Source of the DNA: Bacteroidaceae bacterium
Lineage (GTDB): Bacteria > Bacteroidota > Bacteroidia > Bacteroidales > Bacteroidaceae
Length of the DNA: 64,000 nt
NCBI GenBank assembly: GCA_017427065.1
Contig: JAFRTL010000009.1
Coordinates: forward strand, 120,265 to 184,264
Direction: 5' to 3'
A program made the position numbers and the translations under genes. Below the pieces are notes generated by a model. The model did not search any database. It was not told where the DNA came from and worked only from the letters and a program-made list of their open reading frames with translations. How positions within the stretch are numbered: the first letter of the stretch is position 1; the number at the start of each line of letters is the position of its first letter. Positions 30,270 through 40,739 of this stretch are shown one piece after another.

Positions 30270-30430
30270 AAATATTCATTTGGTGTCAAAGTTATCCAAA
30301 TTGGGAAATTTTTACTTCCTCGTTAGGAAAAAATATTTCCCTAACTAGAAAAAAATATTTTCTACGCGTACCCCATCTTTTCCATTTTGAGATATACAAA
30401 AACAGGAGATGGATTTTGCATATATATACA
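30265..30430. repeat. TGTATATTTATGCA-box element with 22-bp-periodic array (copy 2)
   Basis: Minus-strand boxes at 30265-30278 and 30417-30430 (152 bp apart); cores ccaaattggg, ctcgttag, ctaactag and ctacgcgtac spaced 22 bp. Confidence 0.75.
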
Positions 30431-30431
30431 T

Positions 30432-31454
30432 TTACTTAATAGATGCACGTGAATAAGCAGGTGCCTCTATCGGACAAAAGTCTTTATCTTGGTATTTATA
30501 GTAGCCCGTAATGGCTATCATCGCCGCATTGTCTGTTGTATAACTGAACTTAGGAATAAATATTTTCCAGCCATATCGTCTGGCATGATCGCGAAACGCT
30601 TCCCGTAGTCCAGTATTAGCAGATACGCCACCAGCAAGTGCCACCTCTTTTATTTTATACTGTTTGGCTGCTTTGCGAAGCTTATCCATCAGAATATCCA
30701 CAATGGTTGCTTCCAACGAAGCTGCTAAATCGGCCTTATGATGCTCCACGAAATCAGGATCTTCTTCCACCCATTTCTTCAGAGAATAAAGAAAAGAGGT
30801 CTTCAGTCCGCTGAAACTGTAATCCAATCCTGGAATGTGTGGCTTGTTGAAGGTAAATGCTTGAGGATTACCTTGACGTGCTAACTTGTCGATGATAGGA
30901 CCACCAGGATATCCCAATCCCATCACTTTAGAGCATTTGTCGATGGCCTCTCCTGCAGCATCATCGATGGTTTGGCCTAAAATCTCCATATCGTTATAGG
31001 CTTTTACCAAGATGATCTGTGAGTTTCCTCCAGATACCAGAAGGCAGAGGAACGGATAATTGGGCACTTCATTCGCTTCTCCATCTACTTTAATGAAATT
31101 GGCTAATACATGACCAGTCAGATGATTAACGTCAATCATTGGAATGCCTAAGGAGCGTGCAAAACCTTTGGCAAACGACACTCCAACTAAGAGTGAGCCC
31201 ATCAATCCTGGACCGCGTGTAAAGGCCACTGCGCTCAATTCTTCTTTCTTCACACCCGCCTGTTTTAAGGCTTGATCAACCACAGGAACGATGTTTTGCT
31301 GATGTGCGCGAGAAGCCAATTCGGGTACTACTCCACCATATGCCATGTGAACTGCCTGACTAGCAGTGACATTGGAAAGCAGATACCCATCCTTGATGAT
31401 AGCGGCTGAAGTATCGTCGCACGATGACTCAATACCTAATATAATTAAGCTCAT
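30432..31454 (-). CDS. tsaD: tRNA N6-adenosine threonylcarbamoyltransferase TsaD
   Basis: Motifs LGIESSCDDT, GGVVPELASRAH, DDAAGEAIDK and TDNAAMIA; start set at MSLIILG (31454). Confidence 0.96.
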   Translation of the reverse strand: MSLIILGIESSCDDTSAAIIKDGYLLSNVTASQAVHMAYGGVVPELASRAHQQNIVPVVDQALKQAGVKKEELSAVAFTRGPGLMGSLLVGVSFAKGFARSLGIPMIDVNHLTGHVLANFIKVDGEANEVPNYPFLCLLVSGGNSQIILVKAYNDMEILGQTIDDAAGEAIDKCSKVMGLGYPGGPIIDKLARQGNPQAFTFNKPHIPGLDYSFSGLKTSFLYSLKKWVEEDPDFVEHHKADLAASLEATIVDILMDKLRKAAKQYKIKEVALAGGVSANTGLREAFRDHARRYGWKIFIPKFSYTTDNAAMIAITGYYKYQDKDFCPIEAPAYSRASIK

Positions 31455-31503
31455 GTTATTCTTTTTAAAACTTTCTGCAAAAGTAGTGATAAAAGTGGTA
31501 TGT

Positions 31504-34500
31504 ATGACTTTTTTTAGTATTTTTGTTCTCGATTTATCAATAATAGAGAGAAAGCTGGGGAATAAGATAAATAATATAACACGATGGACAGTGATAGGCA
31601 TTTTGGGAGCTTATATCGCTGTCATTATCTTGTTGAACATTCCATTCGTTCAGCAAAGTATTGGTCGTATGGTCAGTCGTGAACTTTCCAAGACTCTCGG
31701 CTCAGAATTGTCCATTGGACATGTGGAATTAGGATTGCCCAACAGATTTATACTGGAAAATGTCACACTGAAAGATCCATCTGGCGAAGAGATGGCAAGT
31801 ATCGCTCGTACTTCTGCTAAAATCAGCTTAATGTCTCTCTTTTCCGGAAAGATTTCCATAGGAACAGCACAGCTTTTCGGACTACAGATGCGCTTGCAGA
31901 AAGAGCATCCTGAGGCTTCACCTAATTATCAGTTTATTCTAGATGCTTTCGCTCCTAAAGATTCCACAGAATCAAAGACCAATTTGAACGTGCGCATCAA
32001 TTCACTTTTGATACGCAATGGTGTGGTCTCATACGATGTGCTTTCAGAGCCTCTTACTCCTGACACCTTCAATGTCAATCATTTGAATTTCAATGATATA
32101 GTCGCCAATATCTCCTTGAAGGCATTGACCAATGATTCTGTCAATGCGGCCATTCGCCGTATGAGTTTTCAAGAATTGCATTCTGGATTCCAACTGAATA
32201 ATCTCAACTTTCACGTGATGGGCAACAAACAGCAGGCACTTGTGAAGACATTCAACATTGAACTTCCTGCTACCTCCATCGAAATGGATTCCATTCGGCT
32301 TAACTATAATCTACCAGAAATAAAGAATATTGCAGACGATGTTAACTTCGACTTTCTTTTAGAATCTCGTCGTGTTACACTCAGGGATTTCTCGGCTTTC
32401 CTTCCGTTGTTCAAATCTTTTACCGATCCATTAACCCTGCGCCTTAAAGCCGATGGAATGCTGAATAATCTACGTTGTCCACAATTAGCCATCAATGCAG
32501 ATAATCATGTCGTTGCTGAAGGAAATGCCACATTCAGTAATCTCTCCCATCCGGACAGTGCCTATGTAAGAGGTCGATTGGCAAGACTGAGGAGTGATGT
32601 GCTTGGTATTCCGATGGTGTTGCGTAACCTTAATGCAGGATCCGATAACAATTCGGAGTTTCTACAGAGATTGGGAACCTTAAATTTCTCTGGTGATATA
32701 GATGGATTCCTTCATAGTTTCAGTGCCAAGGGATTATTACAGACCGACTTAGGTGACCTTCAAGCAAAGATGAGCCTCAGTTCTGCTAAAGCAAACGCTC
32801 CATTGCATTATACAGGAGAGTTGGAAACCAGCGATTTTCTTTTGGGACAGTTGTTAGCTCAGAAGGATTTAGGAAAAGTATCAATGGAGATGGAACTAAG
32901 CGGCGATGCTGTTCCGCAAGGCTATCCTACCATAAAGATGAATGGACTGATATCATCACTGGTTTTTAAGGATTACACTTATCAGAACATATTGCTTGAT
33001 GGCGAATACATACATGGAGGCTTTAATGGGAATCTACTTCTTGATGATGAAAATGTTCAATTGAGTTTGAATGGCAATTTCAACACACAGAGCGCTCTTC
33101 CCGTTTATGACTTTACTGCCCGTTTGGATCGTATATATCCAGCTGCCATACATCTGACAGATACCTTACGACAAACGAAAGCTTCAGGTATATTGAGAGC
33201 CAACTTCCGTGGACGTACTATAGACGACATGATAGGCAGCATTGATCTTGATAGCTTATCGTTCAGTACGGAAGAAGAAGAGCATTTCTTGAGAAACTTA
33301 CATGTGGACGCCAGCATCGCTGAAGACGGCAACAAACTTATCCACTTAAATTCAGAGGTGATGAAAGGCGAGATACGTGGTGCTTTCTCCTATCAAACTT
33401 TGCCTGCTAGCATTATGAAGATCTTGGAAAGATATATCCCTTCCTTAGTCAGTGCAGGTAATCAGAAGAAACAATCCAGTAATGTGTTTGAGTTCAGTTT
33501 CAATCTCTCAAATACGGATATGTTGGCTGCCATTACAGAGATACCAGTGAAGCTCTACTCCCAATCCGTCCTTTCTGGTTATGTGAATGAACGCTTGCAG
33601 CAAATTCGTGTGGAAGGATTCTTTCCACGACTTCGTTACGACAATAGATTTATAGAATCGGGTACTCTCCTTTGCGATAATCAAGACGATCGATTGCGTC
33701 TGAATGTGCGCTTCAATAACGTCAATCAGCAAAACTCTATGAATGTTTCTGCTCAGGCGTTTGTGCAGAATGACAGCCTTCAGGCAAGCGTGAATTGGGG
33801 AAACAATGGAGCACGCACTTATAGCGGACGCTTGGCTGCTCTTGCGCTTTTTGAACGCGTGCAAACAGATAGAAAGTCTGCACTAAAAACAACTATTCAA
33901 GTACAGCCGTCCAATCTTGTCATCAGTGATACACTTTGGAACATACATCCTTCAATGGTCACTATAGAGAATGGAAAGGTCGCCATAGACAACTTCCTTA
34001 TCAATCATGAAGACAGACACCTCAGTGTGGATGGTATGCTCTCTGAGTCGGAGGAAGACAGCGTCTATCTTGATTTGAAAGGCATCGATTTAAAGTACGT
34101 GTTTGACGTAGCTGATTTAGGTGTCAATCTCTCAGGATTCGCTACAGGACCTGCAGTTGCAAGCAGTGTAATGAAGGAGCCTAAACTAAATGCCGATCTT
34201 TTCATACAGAGCATTGGCTTTGAAAACGGTTACTTAGGTGATGCTCAGGCACATTTGGAATGGCATCATCCTGTGGAAGGATTATATATAGATGTTGACA
34301 TTACTGAACAAGAATTAGCTCAAACCCATGTTGAGGGTTACATCTATCCTTTAAAGCCTACCAGTTCGCTCGATCTTCAGGTAAAGGCTGGAGGAACGAA
34401 CCTACAGTTCTTGGAAAGCATTCTTGAAGACATCACGCCAAGTTTATATGGTCGTGCCTTTGGTGATGTGCATATTTTTGGCAAGTTTAAGGCGCTTACT

Positions 34501-36042
34501 TTGGAAGGTATGGCTGCCGTGGATGCTGCGATGAAGATTGATTTTCTGAACATTTTCGTCCATCTCACTGACACCATACAGGTGCATCCAGGGGGATTGC
34601 GCTTTGTAAATAATCGTATTTTTGACGATGAAGGTCATATGGGACGCGCAAATGGGGAACTGAACTATGAGCATTTCAAGAACATCAGTTATAATTTCAA
34701 TATCGATTTGGACAACATGCTTCTGTTGAATACCAAGTCCGTCGTAGACTTCCCCTTCTATGGTACCGTTTATGGCACTGGTAATGTGAATATTACTGGT
34801 AATCCTCAGACTGGCATGAACATTGATGTTGCTGTGACAACTAACAGAAATTCTGTCTTTACTTATATTAAAGACTATGTATCTACGGCAACAGAAGATG
34901 GATTTATCAAGTTTGTGGACAAAACTCCTCGACGTACTATACAAGATCCTCTCCCACTTTCTGAATTTGATTTAGCACAACAAACGGAAGAAGAGGAGGA
35001 AGAGGACGACTCCTTTGGTGACATCCGTCTGAACTTGGTAGCAGATATTACAAGAGATATGAACTTGCGCATCGTGATGGATCCATTCTCTGGCGATAAT
35101 ATCAGTTGCTATGGTTCTGGAAATCTCAGTGCTGAGTATTTCAATAAGGGAGATTTCCGCTTGTTTGGTGCTTACAACATTAATCAGGGAGTCTATAAGA
35201 TGAGCATCCAGCAAATTATGAAGAAAGACTTTGCCATTCTTGATGGTAGTTCCATTACTTTCGATGGTGAACCACTTGATGGTGTACTTAATCTTCAGAC
35301 ACGTTATCAGGTGAACTCTGCTTCGTTGAACGACCTAATCCCTAATGCGAGTGCATATGTGGATCAGACGCTGGTACGCGTAAACTGTCTCTTGAACATG
35401 ACTGGACGCCTTACTACCCCGTCTGTTACCATGGGACTTGAATTACCTCTGGAACGCGATGAAGTCCAAGCGTTAGTACAGAACTATATTGCCACTGATG
35501 AACAGATGAATACCCAGATTCTTTATCTGCTTACCATTGGTAAATTTTATATGCCTGAAAACAACGGGACGCAATCCAACATTGCTTCCAGCGTGGTATC
35601 CTCTACCCTTTCTGGACAGCTTAATAGTATGCTTTCCAATGTGATAAACAATAACAATTGGAACTTCGGAACCAATTTCAGTACGGGTGAAGATGGATGG
35701 ACTGATATGGAAGTAGAAGGCATATTGTCTGGACAATTGCTGAATAACCGATTGCTAATAAATGGTAATTTTGGCTACAGAGAGAATCAAATGATGAATA
35801 CAAATACTAACTTTGTAGGTGACTTTGAGGCAGAATGGTTAGTGAATAGCTCAGGAAACATCCGTCTTAAAGCTTATAATGAAACGAATGATCGTTCTTA
35901 TATACGTACGAACCTTACTACTCAAGGAATTGGCATTATTTTCCGGAAGGACTTTGACAGATGGAGTGAACTGATGTTCTGGAATCGCTGGAAGGGGAAG
36001 AAGCTTCAGAAAAATGAAGTAGAGAAAGAAAAAGAGAATTAA
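31504..36042 (+). CDS. tamB: Translocation and assembly module TamB/AsmA-like protein (start uncertain)
   Basis: About 1500 aa, N-terminal TM anchor, beta-rich body, C-terminal LLNNRLLINGNFGY..TQGIGIIFRKDFD typical of Bacteroidetes TamB. Confidence 0.85.
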   Translation: MTFFSIFVLDLSIIERKLGNKINNITRWTVIGILGAYIAVIILLNIPFVQQSIGRMVSRELSKTLGSELSIGHVELGLPNRFILENVTLKDPSGEEMASIARTSAKISLMSLFSGKISIGTAQLFGLQMRLQKEHPEASPNYQFILDAFAPKDSTESKTNLNVRINSLLIRNGVVSYDVLSEPLTPDTFNVNHLNFNDIVANISLKALTNDSVNAAIRRMSFQELHSGFQLNNLNFHVMGNKQQALVKTFNIELPATSIEMDSIRLNYNLPEIKNIADDVNFDFLLESRRVTLRDFSAFLPLFKSFTDPLTLRLKADGMLNNLRCPQLAINADNHVVAEGNATFSNLSHPDSAYVRGRLARLRSDVLGIPMVLRNLNAGSDNNSEFLQRLGTLNFSGDIDGFLHSFSAKGLLQTDLGDLQAKMSLSSAKANAPLHYTGELETSDFLLGQLLAQKDLGKVSMEMELSGDAVPQGYPTIKMNGLISSLVFKDYTYQNILLDGEYIHGGFNGNLLLDDENVQLSLNGNFNTQSALPVYDFTARLDRIYPAAIHLTDTLRQTKASGILRANFRGRTIDDMIGSIDLDSLSFSTEEEEHFLRNLHVDASIAEDGNKLIHLNSEVMKGEIRGAFSYQTLPASIMKILERYIPSLVSAGNQKKQSSNVFEFSFNLSNTDMLAAITEIPVKLYSQSVLSGYVNERLQQIRVEGFFPRLRYDNRFIESGTLLCDNQDDRLRLNVRFNNVNQQNSMNVSAQAFVQNDSLQASVNWGNNGARTYSGRLAALALFERVQTDRKSALKTTIQVQPSNLVISDTLWNIHPSMVTIENGKVAIDNFLINHEDRHLSVDGMLSESEEDSVYLDLKGIDLKYVFDVADLGVNLSGFATGPAVASSVMKEPKLNADLFIQSIGFENGYLGDAQAHLEWHHPVEGLYIDVDITEQELAQTHVEGYIYPLKPTSSLDLQVKAGGTNLQFLESILEDITPSLYGRAFGDVHIFGKFKALTLEGMAAVDAAMKIDFLNIFVHLTDTIQVHPGGLRFVNNRIFDDEGHMGRANGELNYEHFKNISYNFNIDLDNMLLLNTKSVVDFPFYGTVYGTGNVNITGNPQTGMNIDVAVTTNRNSVFTYIKDYVSTATEDGFIKFVDKTPRRTIQDPLPLSEFDLAQQTEEEEEEDDSFGDIRLNLVADITRDMNLRIVMDPFSGDNISCYGSGNLSAEYFNKGDFRLFGAYNINQGVYKMSIQQIMKKDFAILDGSSITFDGEPLDGVLNLQTRYQVNSASLNDLIPNASAYVDQTLVRVNCLLNMTGRLTTPSVTMGLELPLERDEVQALVQNYIATDEQMNTQILYLLTIGKFYMPENNGTQSNIASSVVSSTLSGQLNSMLSNVINNNNWNFGTNFSTGEDGWTDMEVEGILSGQLLNNRLLINGNFGYRENQMMNTNTNFVGDFEAEWLVNSSGNIRLKAYNETNDRSYIRTNLTTQGIGIIFRKDFDRWSELMFWNRWKGKKLQKNEVEKEKEN

Positions 36043-36067
36043 CAATATGTATCACTATTAAAAAGTA

Positions 36068-36613
36068 ATGATTATGAAAAAGTTAAGTTTGAAAATTGCG
36101 ACACTTATGATTTGTGTGACATTTGTCTTTTCATCATGCATCGGCTCTTTTGCACTACATCGTAAGGTGTTGAACTGGAATCAGGGCATTGGTGACAAGT
36201 GGGTGAATGAAGTTGTTTTCTTGGCACTGAACATTGTTCCTGTATATGGGATTTGCTATTTAGCTGATGCGTTAGTTATTAACTCCATTGAGTTCTGGAG
36301 TGGAGATAATCCAGTTGCTAGCATCGGCGATGTGCGTCAGGTAAAAGGCGAGAATGGCAACTATTTCGTTACTACTTTGGAGAACGGTTATTCCATCAGT
36401 AAGGAAGGCGAAGACCTTTCCATGAGCCTGGTTTACAACCATGACAACAATTCTTGGAATGTTACTCAGAATGGCGAGACAAGAGAACTCTTCCGCATCA
36501 ATGAGAACGGTTCTGTGGAATATGCCCTTCCTAATGGAGAGGCTATGATCGTTATGCCTGATGCTCAAGGTATCGCTTCTCTCCGTGCAGCAACTTCTTT
36601 CGCAATGAGATAA
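36068..36613 (+). CDS. DUF3332-like lipoprotein
   Basis: Lipobox SSCIGSF; KWVNEVVF and DALVINSIEFWSG segments. Confidence 0.75.
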   Translation: MIMKKLSLKIATLMICVTFVFSSCIGSFALHRKVLNWNQGIGDKWVNEVVFLALNIVPVYGICYLADALVINSIEFWSGDNPVASIGDVRQVKGENGNYFVTTLENGYSISKEGEDLSMSLVYNHDNNSWNVTQNGETRELFRINENGSVEYALPNGEAMIVMPDAQGIASLRAATSFAMR

Positions 36614-36640
36614 GAATCTTTGAAACATTATTAAACAATT

Positions 36641-36667
36641 AAGGCGTGCAGTTACTGTACGCCTTTT
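36641..36667. terminator. Intrinsic terminator between convergent genes
   Basis: Hairpin aaggcgtgcag-tta-ctgtacgcctttt. Confidence 0.7.
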
Positions 36668-36680
36668 CTGTTATTATGAA

Positions 36681-38984
36681 TTAGAATGGATAACCTACGG
36701 CAAAGTGGAAAGCAAAATCGCGACTGAAACGCGGATGGATTATTGGATAACGTTGCTTGCCACTTTCAAAGACTGGATTGATGGCTTTCATACCACCATC
36801 CAAACGAAGGATAAAGAAATCAAGGTCGAGGCGGATTCCTAAACCATAGGCAAAAGCTATCTGTTTATAGAACTTGTCAAATCGGAACTTACCTCCTGGC
36901 TGACTTTCGTAATCCCGAATAGTCCAGATATTACCAGCGTCCACAAAAAGTGCACTCTGGATTTTCCAGAAAAGTTTGCTGCGAAATTCTAAGCTAGCAT
37001 CAAACTTTATATCACCTGTCTGATTGAGGAAGTTTCCGTCACCAGGGAAAGAACCTGGACCTAAATCGCGCACAGACCACCCTCGTACACTATTGGCACC
37101 ACCAGAGAAATAGCGCTTCTCGAAAGGTACCATCTTAGCATTGCCATAAGGAAATGCCACGCCAAGGTTCAAGTGATAAGAAAGGGAGTTCTTAAGATCA
37201 AAAGCAATGTTCTTCGCATAATCGAAATCCGCCCTGATGTATTGAGCAAAAGGAATATTCAAGATGGAATACTCTCCTTCTTTATTTTGATGCATGCTCG
37301 TCAACTTAGCCAAGCCATAAAGCACATTACCAGCCGATTCAACATTAAAACGTAGAGAATATGAATTATCAGCTACCGTTGTTGTTGGCAATGCCCCAGT
37401 GGCACTGTTATATACATAGCTATATCCTGCACGTACAATCAGGCGATCTTCATAATTATAGCGTAAGATATAGTTTTGTTTCTCAATCAGATAACGCTCT
37501 TCAAATATAGGATCAAGCCATGGCATGTAAAGGTAATTTATGTCAATTGCATCTATCTGATGACGGGTATGCAGACTTTTTGACTGCCATTTATAACTCC
37601 AGTTAGTTGATGCTACTATACGTGTGAACTCTGGGCGCATCTGATAATTGTACTGTAAGCCAAACTCGGTATTTGCACGGACATTGCGTCTGAAATCACT
37701 TGAAAGAAAAGGAAATAGGAAACGCGGGAAGTTGATAGAAGTCTCTGCACCAAGTTCTGTATAGCTCTCATTACGGTATTGTCCATGCAGACCAGACACG
37801 GCCTCATACGCTCCTCGAACACGAAACATAAACAACTCAGATCCACGGAAAAGGTTGCGGTTTTGATAGGAAACGGAAAGTGCAGCACCAAGGTCCCCAG
37901 CAGAGTTGGTACCCTCTACCTCCAATGATACCGATTGCAACTTATTCTTCGTGAGTAAGATGTAAGCATTAAGTTTTGTACTGTCATTGGCTTCAGGCTC
38001 GAAGCGCACATTTGTATAACGCAGCGTAGAAAGTCGCCCAAAGTTGTTATAGGTCTTCTGAATATTTGCTTGATTATACAATTCTCCAGGATTAATCCAT
38101 GTGGTGTTCACTAGTGTACGCGGACGGATATACAATCTGTTCTTATAATAGATAGGATAGCCACGATAATGGACAGAATCAGACACATCAAAAGCATCCT
38201 GTACATTCCGTTGCAACACATCATAATCGGTCACAAAACTTACTTTATTAATATTGTAAGGACGGTAAGGCTGCTCTACCCCATTTATTATATTGGGATG
38301 TAAATGTAATGTAACATCAGCTTGGTATGTGTTGCGTGCCGTGTCCGCTGTATAAGTCAGCAATTCCTTATTAAAACGATAATAACCATTATTCAGCAAA
38401 TGCGCTGCAATACGCTGTCGTTCTTCATCCAGCAGATTGATGTTGAAATTCATACCTTCATGAAGCAGGGAATTCGCAGAATCAGCCTGAATAAGTTGTC
38501 GAATAGGTTCATTGGGAATATCATAACTTAACGAGCGTACCTTATATGGTCGACCCGATGTCACCTTGTAGGTGACTTCTCTTGTTTTCTTATGCGTCTT
38601 AATGACACTTTCCACACTGGCTCCCATGTACCCCATGTTTCGCACAGCACGGGTCAACTGATCACGTGTACGCTCATCTTCCTCTTCGCTATAAATCACA
38701 GGTTCATCACCTATCCTACGAAACATGCGGTTCACCCACTTGGTGGTATCTCTACCCGAAAGATTATAAATGTAAAGTTGCGTATGAAAAAGTCCAAAAA
38801 GTTTAGAATTAGGACTTTGGCGAAGATAAAGAGACAGGTCGTTGGTATTGATATCTTTATTGTCACTTTCCACAGAAATGCCGTCGAGCAAATAACTCCC
38901 CTCTGGCACATACTTCGTGGCTGAACATGATGCCAGCAACATCATAACTATAACCACTAGAAAAGGATATGCTCTCGACTTCAT
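36681..38984 (-). CDS. Omp85 family lipoprotein (TamL/TamA-like)
   Basis: Lipobox LASC, SGGANSVRGW loop motif, C-terminal AFHFAVGYPF. Confidence 0.88.
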   Translation of the reverse strand: MKSRAYPFLVVIVMMLLASCSATKYVPEGSYLLDGISVESDNKDINTNDLSLYLRQSPNSKLFGLFHTQLYIYNLSGRDTTKWVNRMFRRIGDEPVIYSEEEDERTRDQLTRAVRNMGYMGASVESVIKTHKKTREVTYKVTSGRPYKVRSLSYDIPNEPIRQLIQADSANSLLHEGMNFNINLLDEERQRIAAHLLNNGYYRFNKELLTYTADTARNTYQADVTLHLHPNIINGVEQPYRPYNINKVSFVTDYDVLQRNVQDAFDVSDSVHYRGYPIYYKNRLYIRPRTLVNTTWINPGELYNQANIQKTYNNFGRLSTLRYTNVRFEPEANDSTKLNAYILLTKNKLQSVSLEVEGTNSAGDLGAALSVSYQNRNLFRGSELFMFRVRGAYEAVSGLHGQYRNESYTELGAETSINFPRFLFPFLSSDFRRNVRANTEFGLQYNYQMRPEFTRIVASTNWSYKWQSKSLHTRHQIDAIDINYLYMPWLDPIFEERYLIEKQNYILRYNYEDRLIVRAGYSYVYNSATGALPTTTVADNSYSLRFNVESAGNVLYGLAKLTSMHQNKEGEYSILNIPFAQYIRADFDYAKNIAFDLKNSLSYHLNLGVAFPYGNAKMVPFEKRYFSGGANSVRGWSVRDLGPGSFPGDGNFLNQTGDIKFDASLEFRSKLFWKIQSALFVDAGNIWTIRDYESQPGGKFRFDKFYKQIAFAYGLGIRLDLDFFILRLDGGMKAINPVFESGKQRYPIIHPRFSRDFAFHFAVGYPF

Positions 38985-39068
38985 GAACTTAACTCTGCTT
39001 TTTATGTAGCAAAGATAGCTCTATTTCTTAAAATATACGTACATTTGCAGAGGAAAATCTCAGAAAGT

Positions 39069-39827
39069 ATGTCGATAAGCCATAGTTGTATCAAATACAT
39101 CCGCTCACTTGACCAGAAGAAGGTGAGACGCATTGATAAAGTGTTTTTGGCAGAGGGGCCAAAGATAGTGTCCGACCTGCTAGGAACTTTTCATTGTAGA
39201 ATGCTCGTTTCAACTGACGATTGGCTGAAGGCACATCCAAATGCTCTGGCAGATGAGGTCTTTTGTGTCACTTCAGAAGAGCTTTCCAGAGCCAGTTTAT
39301 TAAGAACCCCCCAACAAGTTTTAGCGGTATTTAGCCAACCTACTTATTCTTTTGACATTTCCCTACCCCAACAATCGCTTTGCTTAGCACTAGATGGTGT
39401 ACAAGATCCAGGAAACCTGGGAACTATTATCCGTGTTGCCGATTGGTTTGGAATTGAGCATATTTTCTGTTCAATGGATACTGTGGAAGTATATAACCCT
39501 AAAGTAGTACAAGCCACAATGGGAGCCATTGCTCGAGTCAAGACATATTACACTTCTCTGAAAGACTTTATCAGTCAGATACCAAATGTTCCAGTCTATG
39601 GTACTTTTCTTGATGGGGATAACATTTATAATGAAACTCTTTCCACCAATGGACTGATTATTATGGGTAACGAAGGAAATGGTATCAGTGAGGAAATTGC
39701 ATCTCTTGTCAATAAACGTTTGTTTATTCCAAACTATCCGATAGGCCGTCCTACCTCAGAATCTCTGAATGTGGCTATTGCTACATCTATTATCTGCGCA
39801 GAGTTTAGGAGAAGGTGTTTGGTTTAG
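39069..39827 (+). CDS. TrmH/SpoU family RNA methyltransferase
   Basis: Motifs DGVQDPGNLGTIIR, MGNEGNGIS and ESLNVA. Confidence 0.92.
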   Translation: MSISHSCIKYIRSLDQKKVRRIDKVFLAEGPKIVSDLLGTFHCRMLVSTDDWLKAHPNALADEVFCVTSEELSRASLLRTPQQVLAVFSQPTYSFDISLPQQSLCLALDGVQDPGNLGTIIRVADWFGIEHIFCSMDTVEVYNPKVVQATMGAIARVKTYYTSLKDFISQIPNVPVYGTFLDGDNIYNETLSTNGLIIMGNEGNGISEEIASLVNKRLFIPNYPIGRPTSESLNVAIATSIICAEFRRRCLV

Positions 39828-39850
39828 AGTTTAGAGTTTAGAGCTAAGGG
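39821..39850 (+). repeat. Heptamer (TTTAGAG)n tandem repeat overlapping the trmH-like stop
   Basis: TAG at 39825, 39832 and 39839; near-identical to the 2181-2210 copy. Confidence 0.8.
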
Positions 39851-39857
39851 GCTAGAG

Positions 39858-40739
39858 TTAAGGCCTAGTATTCGAGCGTGAGCCTGTGCTTACTCTTACT
39901 GGTCTTGTAAGTGGCGCTTCTTTCTTTTCAGAACCCAACGTGTCTGCCACTTCTGTACGTTTCTTCTCAGAATGCAACCTCATCAATGAAATGTCATCAA
40001 GCAACAAGAACTTGGTTGAATCATCTTGTTTAGGATAGTAGATGAATCCCTGAACGGATTTCAGATCTCCCAGTGTGTCATTTTGTAATGTAATGATCTG
40101 TCTTCCATCTTGACGAACAATCCGTTGTTCAGAAATCACACTGTCTCGATCGTACCAAATCTGCATCATCATGATAGGCGCACGCTCTGATGTAGGTTCT
40201 CCGTTCATAAAGTGGTAATTCATGCTCCAGCGCATGGTATCTGTAGCTTCATAATATTGATCTGCATCAATCTTGAAAGTAAGCAAGTTCTCAAACGCCT
40301 TGTTTGAAACTCTTATCATCCGACGCTCTGTCCACACATCTACAGTATCGCCAGGTTTTGAAACTACGGAGAGATTGTCACGAGCAGAAATACGCAGTTT
40401 GATGCCTTCACTTTCCCGATTCATACGAGCGAATACCTGATCATAGACAGATGTCATCTGATCTGGATTATGAGAATACCAAGACAGGGAAGAATCAAAG
40501 ACCTCCTCAGTGATGCCATGCTTCTTAAACACAAAGTCCATATAAGCTTGCTTTTCATCATCAGAAGGTACCGTGCGATTCTTGATCATCGCTTTGGTCA
40601 TGTGATAGTCGTAAAGCACATCTGCCATCTTGTTATTGGAAATAACCATCTCTGGCCTGCGCACATTACACGCAGACAGGCACAGCAAACCCATGATGGC
40701 TGCCAGCAAACTCGTTCTCAGCCTATTCTTTTCCCTCAT
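39858..40739 (-). CDS. DUF4296-like lipoprotein
   Basis: Lipobox LSAC, MADVLYDYH and KHGITEEVFDSSLSWY; after lspA as in Bacteroidales. Confidence 0.78.
   Translation of the reverse strand: MREKNRLRTSLLAAIMGLLCLSACNVRRPEMVISNNKMADVLYDYHMTKAMIKNRTVPSDDEKQAYMDFVFKKHGITEEVFDSSLSWYSHNPDQMTSVYDQVFARMNRESEGIKLRISARDNLSVVSKPGDTVDVWTERRMIRVSNKAFENLLTFKIDADQYYEATDTMRWSMNYHFMNGEPTSERAPIMMMQIWYDRDSVISEQRIVRQDGRQIITLQNDTLGDLKSVQGFIYYPKQDDSTKFLLLDDISLMRLHSEKKRTEVADTLGSEKKEAPLTRPVRVSTGSRSNTRP

Noticed and set aside
30296..30371. 22-bp periodic arrays and VapE-end boxes as CRISPR arrays
   Set aside because: Units far too short, no 30-40-nt unique spacers, and no cas genes in the window.
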